Positions 22,003 through 33,076 are shown, numbered from the stretch's first letter. The stretch is DNA of 64,000 bases from Gammaproteobacteria bacterium (GCA_963662545.2 CAXXLL010000002.1:384001-448000); one strand, 5' to 3'. Notes: generated by a model not told the origin, from the sequence alone. Numbers and translations are program-made.

Positions 22003-23223
22003 ATGCGTGTATCCATTGCAGAGCAGTTCAAGCACAGTGCCTTCGCTACCGAAGCGGCCAAGATCGTGCGCAGCTGTGTGCATTGCGGCTTCTGCAACGC
22101 GACCTGTCCGACCTACCTGTTAACGGGTGATGAGCTCGAAGGGCCGCGCGGGCGCATCTATTTGATCAAATCGATGCTGGAGGACGGCAATATTGGGAAA
22201 ACCACACAACGGCACCTCGATCAATGTCTGGTATGCCGAAATTGCGAGACGACCTGTCCCTCCGGGGTCGAATACGGCCGGCTGCTGGAAGTCGTGCGGC
22301 CGCAGGTTCAGAAGATGGTACGACTGCCGGTCTTCGCGCGGATCCAACGCTGGCTGATTACCCGCGTCGTCGCCTACCCGTCGCGCCTGGCGCCCTTCGT
22401 CGCGCTTGGCAGGGCGTTGCGGCCGCTTATGCCGGCCGCGCTCAAGCGCCTCGTGCCCGTTAAGCAGCGCATCCCCCAACGCCGTCTCGAACGCCATCCC
22501 CGGCGCATCCTGCTACTGGGTGGTTGCGCGCAGGCCGTTATGAATCCCGCCATCGACGAGGCCGCGCGCGCCGTGTTCGATGCGCTCGGCATATCGCTTG
22601 AACATTGCCCTGGCGTCGATTGCTGTGGCGCGCTTCATTATCACCTCGGTTACGAACACGAGGCGCTCAACATAGCTAAAGCAAACGTCGATCGTTGGTG
22701 GCCTGAAGTCGAGAAGGGCGCTGAAGCGATCCTCGCGACTTCGTCGGGATGCGGCCTGCAACTCAAGGACTATGCGCGCATGCTGGCGGGCGAACCCGGG
22801 TACGCCGAGCGGGCGCAGAAGATACAGGATCTCGTCAAAGATCCGGCGGAGATCGTCGAGGCCGGCGCCTTATCCGGTTTGATTCGACCCGGTCGCAACA
22901 CGATTGCCTTCCACGCACCCTGTACGCTGCAGCACGGCCAGCGCCTCGCGGGAAAAATCGAAAGCCTGCTCGAGGAACTCGGGTGGACGCTCAGCGCGGT
23001 TGCCGACCCGCATCTGTGTTGCGGCTCAGCGGGATCCTATTCTCTGCTGCATCCGAAAACGGCCGGCGCGCTGCGCAGCGATAAGTTGAAAAAGTTGCTC
23101 GAAGGCGGGCCGCAGGAAATCGTCACGGCGAACATCGGGTGCCAGTTGCATCTCGGCGCCGCGGCGCCGGTCAAGGTTCGCCATTGGCTCGAGTTATTGG
23201 CGGAACACCTGTGCCGTCATTGA
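22003..23223 (+). CDS. glcF: Glycolate oxidase Fe-S subunit GlcF
   Basis: CVHCGFCNATCPTY, CLVCRNCETTCPSG, two CCG domains. Confidence 0.93.
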   Translation: MRVSIAEQFKHSAFATEAAKIVRSCVHCGFCNATCPTYLLTGDELEGPRGRIYLIKSMLEDGNIGKTTQRHLDQCLVCRNCETTCPSGVEYGRLLEVVRPQVQKMVRLPVFARIQRWLITRVVAYPSRLAPFVALGRALRPLMPAALKRLVPVKQRIPQRRLERHPRRILLLGGCAQAVMNPAIDEAARAVFDALGISLEHCPGVDCCGALHYHLGYEHEALNIAKANVDRWWPEVEKGAEAILATSSGCGLQLKDYARMLAGEPGYAERAQKIQDLVKDPAEIVEAGALSGLIRPGRNTIAFHAPCTLQHGQRLAGKIESLLEELGWTLSAVADPHLCCGSAGSYSLLHPKTAGALRSDKLKKLLEGGPQEIVTANIGCQLHLGAAAPVKVRHWLELLAEHLCRH

Positions 23224-24305
23224 CCGACTGGAAGGGTCAGCAGCGGTCCGGTCGTATTGCCCTCGCTGGCTTGCAGCGAGAACAATTGTGAAATCAGACT
23301 GAAAGTGGATTTAGTCTGCAGATCATCGTCGGCAAGGTAGAACCATTGCCCCCGATAATGAGTTTTTACGGGCGCCTTCGGAACCTCGGAGCTCTGATGG
23401 GCAACGAAAAGACCTCGCGTTACTTCGAGCCAGTCACACGCGGACCCATCGTCGCGCTTCGTCACGGTGACAAGGCCCTTGGCGATGTCAGATTCACTGA
23501 CTTGAACGGCATGCGAGAGGTAAAACATGATACCGAGCAGCGAGCGCGTCTCGACGTGAACGATTCCTTCACCGCCGGCGCCGCGAATCGCTTTGACTGG
23601 ATAAGATTCCTGCCGACGAAGATTCAACAGCGATAGCAATTCACTCGCCTCGGACGTTCGCTCATCGCCATTTATGCCAATTCTGGCTTGCGATTTTTCA
23701 TCGTCATTCACGAAACCGAAACTCAAGGACCCGGCGTGCTGCAAAATACCGAGCAGCTCCGCGACCCGAATGAACGTCTCATATTCTGGGGCAGCCGACG
23801 GTGTCGGGCCGGATGCCGTCGGCGCATTGGGAATACCGTTGATGCGATTGACGCAGAGCCGGAAAATGCGCTCGGCGCTCCAGCCCGAATTGAGTAGCAG
23901 GGAGATCGTTTCCAACGCGATCGGTGACAACATCCGCTGCACGAAATCGTTACCCTGCAGCGGTGCATAGCTCACGGTTGGCTGCTCGACGAAACTGATG
24001 CCGCTATCAAAGCCAAGAGTCTCGGGCGTTTGCCGTTCACGCAAGCTCGCACTCGCACCCAGGTTGGTCTGTAGCCTGAACTGTGATGCGACGCTGGTGA
24101 CTTCCAGGAACAGAGGTGTATCGCGATACCTCAGCCGCACGAGGTTCAACAACAGTTGCTCATCGGCGGTCCGTTGAATGGCGATGTTGTAATCATTACC
24201 GCCGGCCTGAATCCGTTGCGGACCGATTCGGGCGCAGCCGTTCAACAACAGGCCGCACAAAATTACAGACGCGATCACCCAGCCCAGGCATCGAGAATGG
24301 GTCAT
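23217..24305 (-). CDS. Conserved hypothetical lipoprotein
   Basis: Lipobox LNGC, 362-aa open frame (EQLLLNLVRLRYRD, PTVSYAPLQG). Confidence 0.7.
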   Translation of the reverse strand: MTHSRCLGWVIASVILCGLLLNGCARIGPQRIQAGGNDYNIAIQRTADEQLLLNLVRLRYRDTPLFLEVTSVASQFRLQTNLGASASLRERQTPETLGFDSGISFVEQPTVSYAPLQGNDFVQRMLSPIALETISLLLNSGWSAERIFRLCVNRINGIPNAPTASGPTPSAAPEYETFIRVAELLGILQHAGSLSFGFVNDDEKSQARIGINGDERTSEASELLSLLNLRRQESYPVKAIRGAGGEGIVHVETRSLLGIMFYLSHAVQVSESDIAKGLVTVTKRDDGSACDWLEVTRGLFVAHQSSEVPKAPVKTHYRGQWFYLADDDLQTKSTFSLISQLFSLQASEGNTTGPLLTLPVGQ

Positions 24306-24382
24306 CGATAATATTCTTTACGGGGGCCTGGTGAAGTGAGCTTCAAAACGCCGGGACGACGTTTTGAACAAGAATCAATTAG

Positions 24383-24646
24383 AACCCATCGAAAAATTTT
24401 CGGGTCCACGTTGCCCCGTGAAAATCGGCGTTGCAAGGCGCAGCGCGCAGGGCATGGTGGTGCCATGTTCAAGCGCTGCAACGCAGCAAACGAGGTTTTC
24501 AGGGGGCAACCCGAAGGGCTGGTGGCTGTTTTCGCACATTTCAGCGTTGCTCGTCGCTCATTGAGTAATGCGTTGCCATGCTTCTCGCGCCTTGAACTGC
24601 ACGAAAACGGCCGCCAGCGTGGGGTCGAATAATTTTGAGATGGGTT
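24383..24646. mobile_element. Composite MITE, 264 bp, with TTAG target duplication at the mlaA stop
   Basis: Outer TIR AACCCATCGAAAAATT / AATTTTGAGATGGGTT, TTAG at 24379-82 and 24647-50; inner inverted repeat GTTGCCCCGTGAAAA / TTTTCAGGGGGCAAC (24410-24510). Confidence 0.7.
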
Positions 24647-25402
24647 TTAGTAAACGCGAAGAATTGCCGCCTCACCTTCACCCTCGATGTATTCCTCGAA
24701 GCCGTCGCCTGGCGGGTTGCCGTCGTAGATCTGGAATTCACGCTGCTGGCGCCAGGCCTCGCGGACGAAGGTATAGGGATCGAGCGCTGCCTGATCTCTC
24801 AAGCGCGTTGCGTCGAGCAGGTTCGCGCGTGAATTGATCGCGTTGACGGCACCCAAGGGTACGGTCACCACCGGCGCCAAATAGGTCAGCGGATTCAGCA
24901 GTATGCCCATGACCGGTGCGCCGATGTCGCGGTAGGAACTCGGTCCGAGAAAGGGCAGCATCAGGTAGGCGCCCTCGTTGGCGCCCCAGGTGCCGAAGGT
25001 CTGGCCCAGGTCTTCTTCGTGTCGTTCAAGCCCCAGGCTCGTGGCCGGGTCGAAAAGACCGCCTATTCCAACCGTGCTGTTGACGATTAAACGACCGGAG
25101 TCTCCGACGAACCGCCCCATTTTTCCTTGCAGCAGATCGTTGGCGATCGTGTTCAAAGAGCCCACGTTGTCAAAAAAGTTCGTAACGCCGTCACGGACCG
25201 GATCGGGGGCGATATCGGCGTATTTTTTCGCGACCGGTTCCAGAAAGGTCTTGTCCAGCGTGTCGTTGAACGCGTAAAACGTACGATTCATCGATTCGTG
25301 CGGGTCTCCGCTGTCCGTCGACGGCGTGGAGCTGCACCCTGCGAGGATGATCAAGGACAGGCACGCCAGTGAGACACGCGACCGAGTTCGAAGATCTACC
25401 AT
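24647..25402 (-). CDS. mlaA: MlaA/VacJ-family lipoprotein
   Basis: Lipobox LAGC, DPHESMNR, NSTVGIGGLFDPA, EDLGQT, YLMLPFLGPS. Confidence 0.9.
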   Translation of the reverse strand: MVDLRTRSRVSLACLSLIILAGCSSTPSTDSGDPHESMNRTFYAFNDTLDKTFLEPVAKKYADIAPDPVRDGVTNFFDNVGSLNTIANDLLQGKMGRFVGDSGRLIVNSTVGIGGLFDPATSLGLERHEEDLGQTFGTWGANEGAYLMLPFLGPSSYRDIGAPVMGILLNPLTYLAPVVTVPLGAVNAINSRANLLDATRLRDQAALDPYTFVREAWRQQREFQIYDGNPPGDGFEEYIEGEGEAAILRVY

Positions 25403-25486
25403 GATGTGTGTTCCGCGGAGAGATTTCTTATTGGTGTTGATATTGCCACAATTGTTGCTGTTTCGCATTAACCCGGCTCGGTGATT

Positions 25487-26089
25487 TCACGAGCCTCGCA
25501 GCATGGCCGTAATCTTGTCATTTAGCCTATTTACGAGGGAATCGAATCCCTCTTTCTTGATAACGGCCGTGTAATCCGCCCTCTTTAGCGATAGATCCGA
25601 TATACCCTGGGCAATGACGTTAACGATCAACCACTTGTTGTCGTTTCCACGCAACAAATAGGTGAGGGGGATTTTCTCCCCGTCGGCTTTTACCAGCGCC
25701 GTTTTCACAATGACGCCACGGCGACTTTTCTCCGTTTGTATCGTTTCGAAACGTTCGCCGGAAAATCCGGAAAAGTTAGTGGCATACGTCGCCGCGCTGA
25801 GCTTGCGAAAAACATTTTTAAAGCTGTCGCGCTGTGCGGGGGCGGTATCCTTCCAGTAGCGCCCGGTGACGATGCGCGCAATGGTATTGAAATCGAAACT
25901 GTCGTCGATCACGGGACTGATTAAATTGAAGCGGCCTTCGTAACCCAGTTGCTCCGCTCTGGTCATCGCTTCCAGCAGCGTTTCGTGCAGTCGCTCCACG
26001 ACCGCTCGGGGCGCCTGTTCCTCGGCAGCCATGGTCATGCCTGAAAGGGCGATAAGGGCTACGCAAATGGGTTTTCTGATGCGATTCAT
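25487..26089 (-). CDS. MlaC/HpnM-family periplasmic lipid carrier
   Basis: FDFNTIARIVTGRYW, WLIVNVIAQGISDLSLKRADY; hopanoid-cluster context suggests HpnM. Confidence 0.8.
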   Translation of the reverse strand: MNRIRKPICVALIALSGMTMAAEEQAPRAVVERLHETLLEAMTRAEQLGYEGRFNLISPVIDDSFDFNTIARIVTGRYWKDTAPAQRDSFKNVFRKLSAATYATNFSGFSGERFETIQTEKSRRGVIVKTALVKADGEKIPLTYLLRGNDNKWLIVNVIAQGISDLSLKRADYTAVIKKEGFDSLVNRLNDKITAMLRGS

Positions 26090-26150
26090 TTCGATCAACG
26101 ATCTTTCGTTCAATGAATTCATCGATTCTGCGGTGGATGTTTAGTTCCGC

Positions 26151-27275
26151 TCAATCGACGGCGGTTTTCTCATAACTGCGATTTTTCCATCGCGTACGCT
26201 CGCCACCCCAGTACCGAACCGCGGAGGTCCAGGTCATGAGGAGAAAGAGACACGCCGCGATCGGCAGGGACAATACCCAGAAACCGGGTAATCCGTAATA
26301 CTGAATCGTCGGCACATACGATAGCCCCATAGCCCCAAGCGCCGTGATGGCGGCCAGCTTGACCATTCCGGATCCAGATGCCAGGGCGAGGACGGGAACC
26401 ACAAAGCTGACGATTAGCAACACGCTGCACAGCACCAGCAACAGCGTTGAATAACGCAACTGCGTAAATGCCGAGCGCGCCACCATATTCCAGATATTCT
26501 CCAGTGATGCATACGGCCGGACCGCGCGGACATCGCGACTCAGGCCGATCCATGTGCGCCCACCCGCACGCTTGATCAGGCGTGCCAGCGTACAGTCGTC
26601 GATTATTGCACCATGCAAAGCTTCAAATCCGCCGATCTCCCTCAATTTATCAGTCTCGATCAAAATGCAACCGCCGGCGGCCGCCGCGATCCTCGAAGTT
26701 GGCCGGTTCGACAGGGCAAACGGATAGATCAGCTTAAAGAAGTAGATAAAGGGTGGCAGTAGGAGCTTTTCCCAGAGCGTATCCATAGGTAAACACGCCA
26801 TGATGGAAGCCAGTTGGAGCCGGTCATCCGCTGCGCGCTGCCTGAGTGCGGCGAGCATACCGGGAGCTAGCGCAATATCGGCATCCAGCAGCAGTGAATA
26901 ACGGGTATCCACCCGTTGGGCGGCTTGCTCGAGTGCCCAGAGTTTGCCACTCCAGCCGGGCGGCAGAGCGCTGCCGTCGATTACAGTGAGCTTATCGATC
27001 CGGAGGTTTCTCGCGATCTCACCGGTGCCGTCGCTGCTCTGGTCGTCAACCAGGATGATACCCGCGAGCTTTCCCTGTCGGGCGAGCGCCGTCAGGGTTT
27101 CCGCAATACATCGGGCCTCATCACGGGCTGGGATCAGCGCCGTCGTGTCGGAGAAATCCATGCGCGTCGTTCGCGCCTGCGCAGCAAGCGATTCGCGCGT
27201 GGACCAGGGTCGCCATGGGAGCACCAGCACGATCAGCCATATGCACGCGGCAAAGCTCGTGGCGGCGAGGAACAT
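26151..27275 (-). CDS. hpnB: Hopene-associated GT2 glycosyltransferase HpnB
   Basis: IPARDEA, VDDQSSDGT, GWSGKLWAL, LDADI, IIDDCTLA, MVARSAFTQL. Confidence 0.8.
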   Translation of the reverse strand: MFLAATSFAACIWLIVLVLPWRPWSTRESLAAQARTTRMDFSDTTALIPARDEARCIAETLTALARQGKLAGIILVDDQSSDGTGEIARNLRIDKLTVIDGSALPPGWSGKLWALEQAAQRVDTRYSLLLDADIALAPGMLAALRQRAADDRLQLASIMACLPMDTLWEKLLLPPFIYFFKLIYPFALSNRPTSRIAAAAGGCILIETDKLREIGGFEALHGAIIDDCTLARLIKRAGGRTWIGLSRDVRAVRPYASLENIWNMVARSAFTQLRYSTLLLVLCSVLLIVSFVVPVLALASGSGMVKLAAITALGAMGLSYVPTIQYYGLPGFWVLSLPIAACLFLLMTWTSAVRYWGGERTRWKNRSYEKTAVD

Positions 27276-27319
27276 TTTTCAGTGGGAGCAGCGCGAACGC
27301 GCGTCGATCACGGCGCTAG

Positions 27320-27479
27320 CAGTCTGTCGGACTTAGGGAATCGTAGCGAGGCGGGTGGGAGAGCGAGTCCAGATGTGTCATGGTTTGAGGCGAATAGTGG
27401 GGCTATTTAATGAAAACCATGGCGCATCTGGACCGCTATCCCAACGCCGTAGTAGATTCATCCTAAGTCCGACAGGCTG
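27320..27479. mobile_element. MITE, 160 bp, almost fully palindromic
   Basis: TIR CAGTCTGTCGGACTTAGG / CCTAAGTCCGACAGGCTG, inner arms GTCCAGATGTGTCATGGTTT / AAACCATGGCGCATCTGGAC, flanks CTAG / CTGG. Confidence 0.75.
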
Positions 27480-27493
27480 CTGGGAGAGAGCGA

Positions 27494-28621
27494 TCAGGCC
27501 ACACGTTTTTTGCTGCAGCTGCTCGCGGTTTCGGTTTCCGCGACCAGCCGCGGCGTCGTCGTGGTTTCGTCTTGATAAAAAAACGGTACTTCGGGCGCCA
27601 TGGGACCGTCGGTGCGCGGACCGCGAAGGAACACTTTGAGCGCCTTCAGGGGGTTGCGGAAAGTATCGTTGACTGCAGTTGCCTCGTAACCCGAATGAAC
27701 CATGCAGTCAGCGCATTTGGGATTGATACCGGTACCGTATTTTTCCCAAGCAGTCTCTTCGATGAGTTTGCGGAAGCTCGACGCGTAACCTTCGCCAACC
27801 AATAGGTAACATGGTTTTTGCCAGCCGAATACGTTACGCGTCGGATTTCCCCACGGCGTGCAGTGGTAAGTTTGGTTGCCGGCGAGAAAATCGAGGTACA
27901 GCGACGATTGATTGAACCGCCACTTGCGGCCGCGGCCCAAATCGAAAATATCGCGGAATAAGCGCTTGCTTCCGAGGCGCTTGAGAAAAACGTCCTGGCT
28001 TGGCGCCCGCTCGTAGGAGTACCCGGGTGATATCGTCACGCCCTCGACGCCAAGTGCCATCATTCGATCCATAAAATCTGCCACTTCCCCGGCCGATTCA
28101 CCTTGGAACAGGGTGCAATTGACTGTGACCCTGAAGCCGCGCTCGAGAGCAACGCGGATTACCTGTTCGCATTTCTCGTAGACGCCATCGCGGCATACGG
28201 AGGTATCGTGGCGTTCGCGGTTACCGTCGAGGTGGATAGAAAACGTCAGGTACGGCGACGGTTCGTAATCGTCCATGCGACGATCGAGCAGCAACGCGTT
28301 GGTGCACAAATACACAAATTTCTTGCGCCGGACATAGCCGCGAACGATGCGCGGCATGTCTTTATGGATCAGCGGTTCACCGCCGGCGATGGATACGATA
28401 GGCGCGCCGCACTCGTCGATCGCTTCCATACAGTCTTCATAGCTCAGCCGCTTGTCGAGAATTTCTTCGGGGTAATCGATCTTGCCGCAGCCGGCGCAGG
28501 CGAGGTTGCAACGGAAAAGAGGTTCCAGCATCAATACGAGCGGATATTGTTTGATTCCCCTGACCTTCTGCCCGAGTATGTATCGTCCAACGCGGACCTG
28601 TTGGACCAGTGGAACGCCCAT
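27494..28621 (-). CDS. hpnH: Adenosylhopane radical SAM synthase HpnH
   Basis: YPLVLMLEPLFRCNLACAGCGKI, CTPWGNPTRNVFGWQKPCYL, CADCMVHSGYE. Confidence 0.95.
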   Translation of the reverse strand: MGVPLVQQVRVGRYILGQKVRGIKQYPLVLMLEPLFRCNLACAGCGKIDYPEEILDKRLSYEDCMEAIDECGAPIVSIAGGEPLIHKDMPRIVRGYVRRKKFVYLCTNALLLDRRMDDYEPSPYLTFSIHLDGNRERHDTSVCRDGVYEKCEQVIRVALERGFRVTVNCTLFQGESAGEVADFMDRMMALGVEGVTISPGYSYERAPSQDVFLKRLGSKRLFRDIFDLGRGRKWRFNQSSLYLDFLAGNQTYHCTPWGNPTRNVFGWQKPCYLLVGEGYASSFRKLIEETAWEKYGTGINPKCADCMVHSGYEATAVNDTFRNPLKALKVFLRGPRTDGPMAPEVPFFYQDETTTTPRLVAETETASSCSKKRVA

Positions 28622-28910
28622 GCTTTACCCTTATGAAAAGAAAGGAATTTCTCGTTCAGTTTCAAGCAATTATGTTTGAAACCAGAATGGCGCGCAACGA
28701 TACTGTAATGACGTGAAAAAGTATAGTCTCGCAGGCCTAAATAGAGCATCGTTAAGAGCGCAATCATGACCCGCAAGCGCCTTCGAATCGTAGCGCTTCG
28801 GTTGGTTATTATGGTTCACGGCCGGCTCCGGGCCAGCTTGCAAGGGCAGGGGCCGCTCTCCATAATTCACGGACCTACCCACGGTTGGGATCAGCGGGAA
28901 TCGAGTAAAG

Positions 28911-30806
28911 ATGACACAGAATTCGCACTATTCGCTGCTGGACAAAATCGATTCCCCAGAAGATCTTCGCGCCTTGCCGGAATCCTCCCTGGAACAGCTG
29001 GCGGGCGAACTCAGGGCCTTTCTCCTCGCATCCGTCAGTCAAAGCGGCGGACATTTCGCCGCGGGGCTGGGCTCCGTCGAACTCACCATCGCGCTCCATT
29101 ATCTATACCAAACGCCTGAAGATCGTATCGTATGGGACGTCGGACATCAGGCGTATCCGCATAAGATCCTGACGGGTCGCAAGGATCGCTTGCATACCAT
29201 CCGCAAGTGGGAGGGGCTCGCCCCGTTTCCCAAGCGGGCGGAAAGCCACTACGACACGTTTGGCGTCGGCCATTCGAGTACGTCCATCAGCGCCGCGCTC
29301 GGCATGGCCATCGCCGCCGAGCTGACCGGCTCGCAACGGCGCGCCGTCGCCGTCATCGGCGACGGCGCCATGACCGCGGGCCTCGCCTTCGAGGCCTTGA
29401 ATCACGCGGGCGCGCGGGGCACCGACCTGCTTGTGATTTTGAATGACAACGACATGTCGATATCGCCCAACGTCGGTGCTTTGTCCAACCGTTTCGCACG
29501 GATCCTCTCCGGTAAGTTGTATACGAGTCTTCGCGCGAACAGCAAGAAAGTCCTCTCGCAGATGCCGCCCGTGTGGGAGCTTGCGCGGCGCGCCGAGGAA
29601 CACGTCAAGGGCCTCATCGTTCCCGGCACGCTGTTCGAGGAATTCGGGTTCAATTACATCGGCCCGATCGACGGCCACGACCTGTCGACGCTCTTGAGTA
29701 CGATTCGCAACATCAAACGTCTCGACGGCCCGCAGCTTCTCCACGTGATTACCAAGAAGGGTAAAGGGTACGCGCTGGCCGAAGCGGATCCGGTGAAGTA
29801 TCACGGTGTTACGCCCTTCGATCCCAAGGTCGGAATCGTGCCATCGAACAAGCCGTCTGCGCTGACTTACAGCAAGGTCTTCGGCAACTGGATTTGCGAC
29901 ATGGCGGGTCTGGATCCGAGGCTTGTTGCGATTACGCCCGCCATGCGCGAAGGTTCGGGGCTCGTGCGTTTCGAAAAGGAATTTCCGGATCGTTACTTCG
30001 ACGTAGCGATTGCCGAGCAGCACAGCGTTAACGTCGCAGCGGGCATGGCCTGTGACGGCTTGAAACCGGTCGTCGCAATCTATTCGACGTTTCTTCAACG
30101 CGGATACGATCAGGTCATTCACGACGTCGTCAACCAGGAATTGCCGATTCTGTTCGCCCTCGATCGGGCCGGTCTGGTCGGCGCGGACGGTCCGACGCAT
30201 AACGGCAGTTATGACGTTTCTTTTCTGCGCTGTTTACCGAACATGACCGTGATGGCACCGGCCGACGAGAACGAATGTCGCCAGATGTTGTATACCGGTT
30301 TCATGCTCGATGGTCCGGCGGCCGTACGCTATCCTCGCGGCGCCGGGCCTGGCGTGGAAATATCCGAGGAGATGCAAGCGCTGCCGTTCGGCAAGGCGCA
30401 AATGAAACGTCACGGCGAAAGAGTCGCGATACTGGCTTTTGGAACGATGGTCGCGCCGGCGCTCGAGGTCGGTGAAAAGATCGACGCGACCGTGGTCAAT
30501 ATGCGCTTCATCAAGCCGCTCGACGTCGATATGGTGTTGGACGTGGTTGCCTCCCACGAGCTAACGATTACGGTCGAGGAAAGCGTCGTCGCCGGTGGTG
30601 CGGGCAGTGCCGTGAATGAATGCCTCGTCGAGGCGGGCTTAAGCGCCAACATCGCGAATTTCGGCTTACCCGACAGGCTCATCCAACACGGCTCGCGCGA
30701 CGATATGCTCGCCGATGCAGGCTTGACCGCTACGGGCATCGAGCAGTTCGTCAAGCAACGTCTGTCGCGGCTCGAAGGCATGGCCCCCGCAGCGCACACA
30801 GCCTGA
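28911..30806 (+). CDS. dxs: 1-deoxy-D-xylulose-5-phosphate synthase
   Basis: [26 protein letters not shown] motif, [13 protein letters not shown]. Confidence 0.96.
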   Translation: MTQNSHYSLLDKIDSPEDLRALPESSLEQLAGELRAFLLASVSQSGGHFAAGLGSVELTIALHYLYQTPEDRIVWDVGHQAYPHKILTGRKDRLHTIRKWEGLAPFPKRAESHYDTFGVGHSSTSISAALGMAIAAELTGSQRRAVAVIGDGAMTAGLAFEALNHAGARGTDLLVILNDNDMSISPNVGALSNRFARILSGKLYTSLRANSKKVLSQMPPVWELARRAEEHVKGLIVPGTLFEEFGFNYIGPIDGHDLSTLLSTIRNIKRLDGPQLLHVITKKGKGYALAEADPVKYHGVTPFDPKVGIVPSNKPSALTYSKVFGNWICDMAGLDPRLVAITPAMREGSGLVRFEKEFPDRYFDVAIAEQHSVNVAAGMACDGLKPVVAIYSTFLQRGYDQVIHDVVNQELPILFALDRAGLVGADGPTHNGSYDVSFLRCLPNMTVMAPADENECRQMLYTGFMLDGPAAVRYPRGAGPGVEISEEMQALPFGKAQMKRHGERVAILAFGTMVAPALEVGEKIDATVVNMRFIKPLDVDMVLDVVASHELTITVEESVVAGGAGSAVNECLVEAGLSANIANFGLPDRLIQHGSRDDMLADAGLTATGIEQFVKQRLSRLEGMAPAAHTA

Positions 30807-30848
30807 ACAAAGCGGAGCACATCAACCAGTCAGTGTGCCTGGCGCCGG

Positions 30849-31928
30849 CTATTTCAGCGCGGCATCGAACGCATCGAACAGGCGTTCGAGATCGGCCGAC
30901 GAGATCTCGCCCATCGCGGAAATCCTGAATACGCGATCCGACAGAGCGCCCTGGCCGGCGTAAATGATGAAACCGCGAGCTTTTAAGATACGGTGGAGTT
31001 CGTCATAGGTCTTGCCGGGCGGTAGTTCGAACGCGTGGAGAACGCATGAGCAATCCCCGGCATCCAGCAGTGGGGTTACATCGAGTTTGACGAGACGATC
31101 GCGAATCGCGGCGAGCCTTGCGACGAACAACCGGCGTCTGGCCTGCCATCCGCCCGCCTCGATAAATTCATCCAGCGCCTCATCGAGGGCGTAAAACGTC
31201 TGGATGGATTGCGTGAAAGGCGTGCCGTTTTGATCCTGTCGCGCCAGGTAGTCGCGTAAATCGAGATAGACGGAACGACGTGCCGCATTGTGCTCGCCCA
31301 GCGCCGCACGCTTTACGATCACGAAGGCCGTCCCTGGCACCCCGTGCAGACATTTGTTGGCCGTCGCCGCGCACGCGTCGAGCTGCCAGTCGTCGAATTC
31401 GAGCGTTTCCGCTCCGAAGCTGCTGACGCCATCCAGAAGAAGGCGCACGCCCGCCGCCTGACAGATCTCGCCCAGGGTCGCGAGATCGTTGAGCCGGCCG
31501 GTAGTCGTCTCATGATGGACGGCGGCAATATGGGTGATAGAGGTACCGATCGATAAGGCGTTTTCTATTGCGGCCAGGTCCATTGGCTCGTCCCAGGCCG
31601 AAGCGATTCGTTTAAACGCGATACCGTGAGCTTCCGCAATACGGCTCATACGTTCGCCGTAAACGCCGTTTTCGACGACCAGCAACGAGCCATCGTCCGG
31701 TACGCAACTCGTTAACATGGCCTCCACCGCTGCGGTCCCCGATCCCGTAAGCAGCACCGCCGCCCAATCGGCCGCCGGCAGGTCGTAGATCCCGAGCAGC
31801 TTGCTGCGAAGGCCGCCCTGCAGTTCGGCGAATTCCACCTCGCGGTGACAGAGATCGGGCCGCAGCATGGCCGTTCGGACGCGTTCGCTCAGGGTGACGG
31901 GACCCGGATTGAGAAGAATAAGGTTCAA
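30849..31928 (-). CDS. aepZ: 2-aminoethylphosphonate aminotransferase (class V PLP, AepZ/PhnW-like)
   Basis: LLNPGPV, GSGTAAVEA, VHHETTTG, DGVSSFG, ANKCLHG; follows the decarboxylase gene. Confidence 0.85.
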   Translation of the reverse strand: MNLILLNPGPVTLSERVRTAMLRPDLCHREVEFAELQGGLRSKLLGIYDLPAADWAAVLLTGSGTAAVEAMLTSCVPDDGSLLVVENGVYGERMSRIAEAHGIAFKRIASAWDEPMDLAAIENALSIGTSITHIAAVHHETTTGRLNDLATLGEICQAAGVRLLLDGVSSFGAETLEFDDWQLDACAATANKCLHGVPGTAFVIVKRAALGEHNAARRSVYLDLRDYLARQDQNGTPFTQSIQTFYALDEALDEFIEAGGWQARRRLFVARLAAIRDRLVKLDVTPLLDAGDCSCVLHAFELPPGKTYDELHRILKARGFIIYAGQGALSDRVFRISAMGEISSADLERLFDAFDAALK

Positions 31929-33076
31929 GTTCTCGTTCCTATGTGTTCCATTAGGCGTTCGAGCACGGCCGATGGGCTTATGGACGGCCGCGGCAGGGGG
32001 TCGATGGCGCCGGTTTTGATCTTGAAATGCATGAATCGAACACCGTCGTCCGCATCGAGAAAGCGCTCGATGTCATCGAGTCCGCCGCCACGTATGACAC
32101 GGCGGTAGCCGCAAGCGGCAGCAATGCCGGCGAAATCGATGCGCGAAGAGACCGTCTTCTGGGCGCCCGTCGAATCGTGTGCCTCATTATCGAGTAACAA
32201 GTGGACGAGATTGCGCGGCGCATACGCGCCGGCAGTCGCCAGGTTTCCCATACGCATGAGCGCCGCGCCGTCGCCGTCGATGACGATCACGCGTAGATCG
32301 GGACGCGCCATGGCCAGTCCCATGCCGAGAGACGATCCGCAGCCCATCGAACCCACCAGGTAAAGGTGGTTCGGGCGATCCGCCAGCGCGTACAACTCGC
32401 GCCCGGTGTAACCCGTCGTCGCGACGATGACCGTTTTCCCATCGCCTGTCATGTCCAACAGTGATCGCAGTACCTCACTTCGCGAATGCCGCTCTTTTTC
32501 GGGATGCACATGGTCGTTTCCTTCGATCACCGCCGTCTCGAGTGCGTCCGCGCGCGGCGCTGGGTGCAGGGAGTGCGATTCGCAGGTTCCCTTCTGCATG
32601 ATCAGCGCAAATGGGCGCCGTTCAATTTTCATATGCCGATCGAGCGCATCCAAGGTCGGATCCACGGCATCGCTTTCGCGCGGAAAGGTCGCCCAGGGGA
32701 TCGTCATCGTCTCAAACAGTTGTTCGGTGATCGCACCCATCAACTCGTGCTGTGGTTCATCATTGACACCGCGCGCACCACGATGCGTACAGACGATCAA
32801 CACGGGAATACGAAAGGTATGGGTCAAGGAGGTCAGTGGGCTGACGGCGTTGCCGAGCCCGGAATTCTGCATCATCGCGATGCTGCGCGTGCCGCCGATC
32901 CAGGCGCCCGCCGCTGCAGCCACCGCATCCCCTTCGTTGGCGGAGGATACGTAGTCCAGTTCCGGATCCGCGATAATGGCGTTAATGAACGGCGTCAGAA
33001 AAGAGCAAGGCACGCCGGCGTACCAGGTGAATCCCCGATCGCGTGCGGGATCGACGAAATCGCTTGCGTTGATCAT
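31925..33076 (-). CDS. aepY: Phosphonopyruvate decarboxylase
   Basis: GVPCSFL, MQNSGLGN, DEPQH, GSMG, DGDGAALM, HDSTG. Confidence 0.93.
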   Translation of the reverse strand: MINASDFVDPARDRGFTWYAGVPCSFLTPFINAIIADPELDYVSSANEGDAVAAAAGAWIGGTRSIAMMQNSGLGNAVSPLTSLTHTFRIPVLIVCTHRGARGVNDEPQHELMGAITEQLFETMTIPWATFPRESDAVDPTLDALDRHMKIERRPFALIMQKGTCESHSLHPAPRADALETAVIEGNDHVHPEKERHSRSEVLRSLLDMTGDGKTVIVATTGYTGRELYALADRPNHLYLVGSMGCGSSLGMGLAMARPDLRVIVIDGDGAALMRMGNLATAGAYAPRNLVHLLLDNEAHDSTGAQKTVSSRIDFAGIAAACGYRRVIRGGGLDDIERFLDADDGVRFMHFKIKTGAIDPLPRPSISPSAVLERLMEHIGTRT

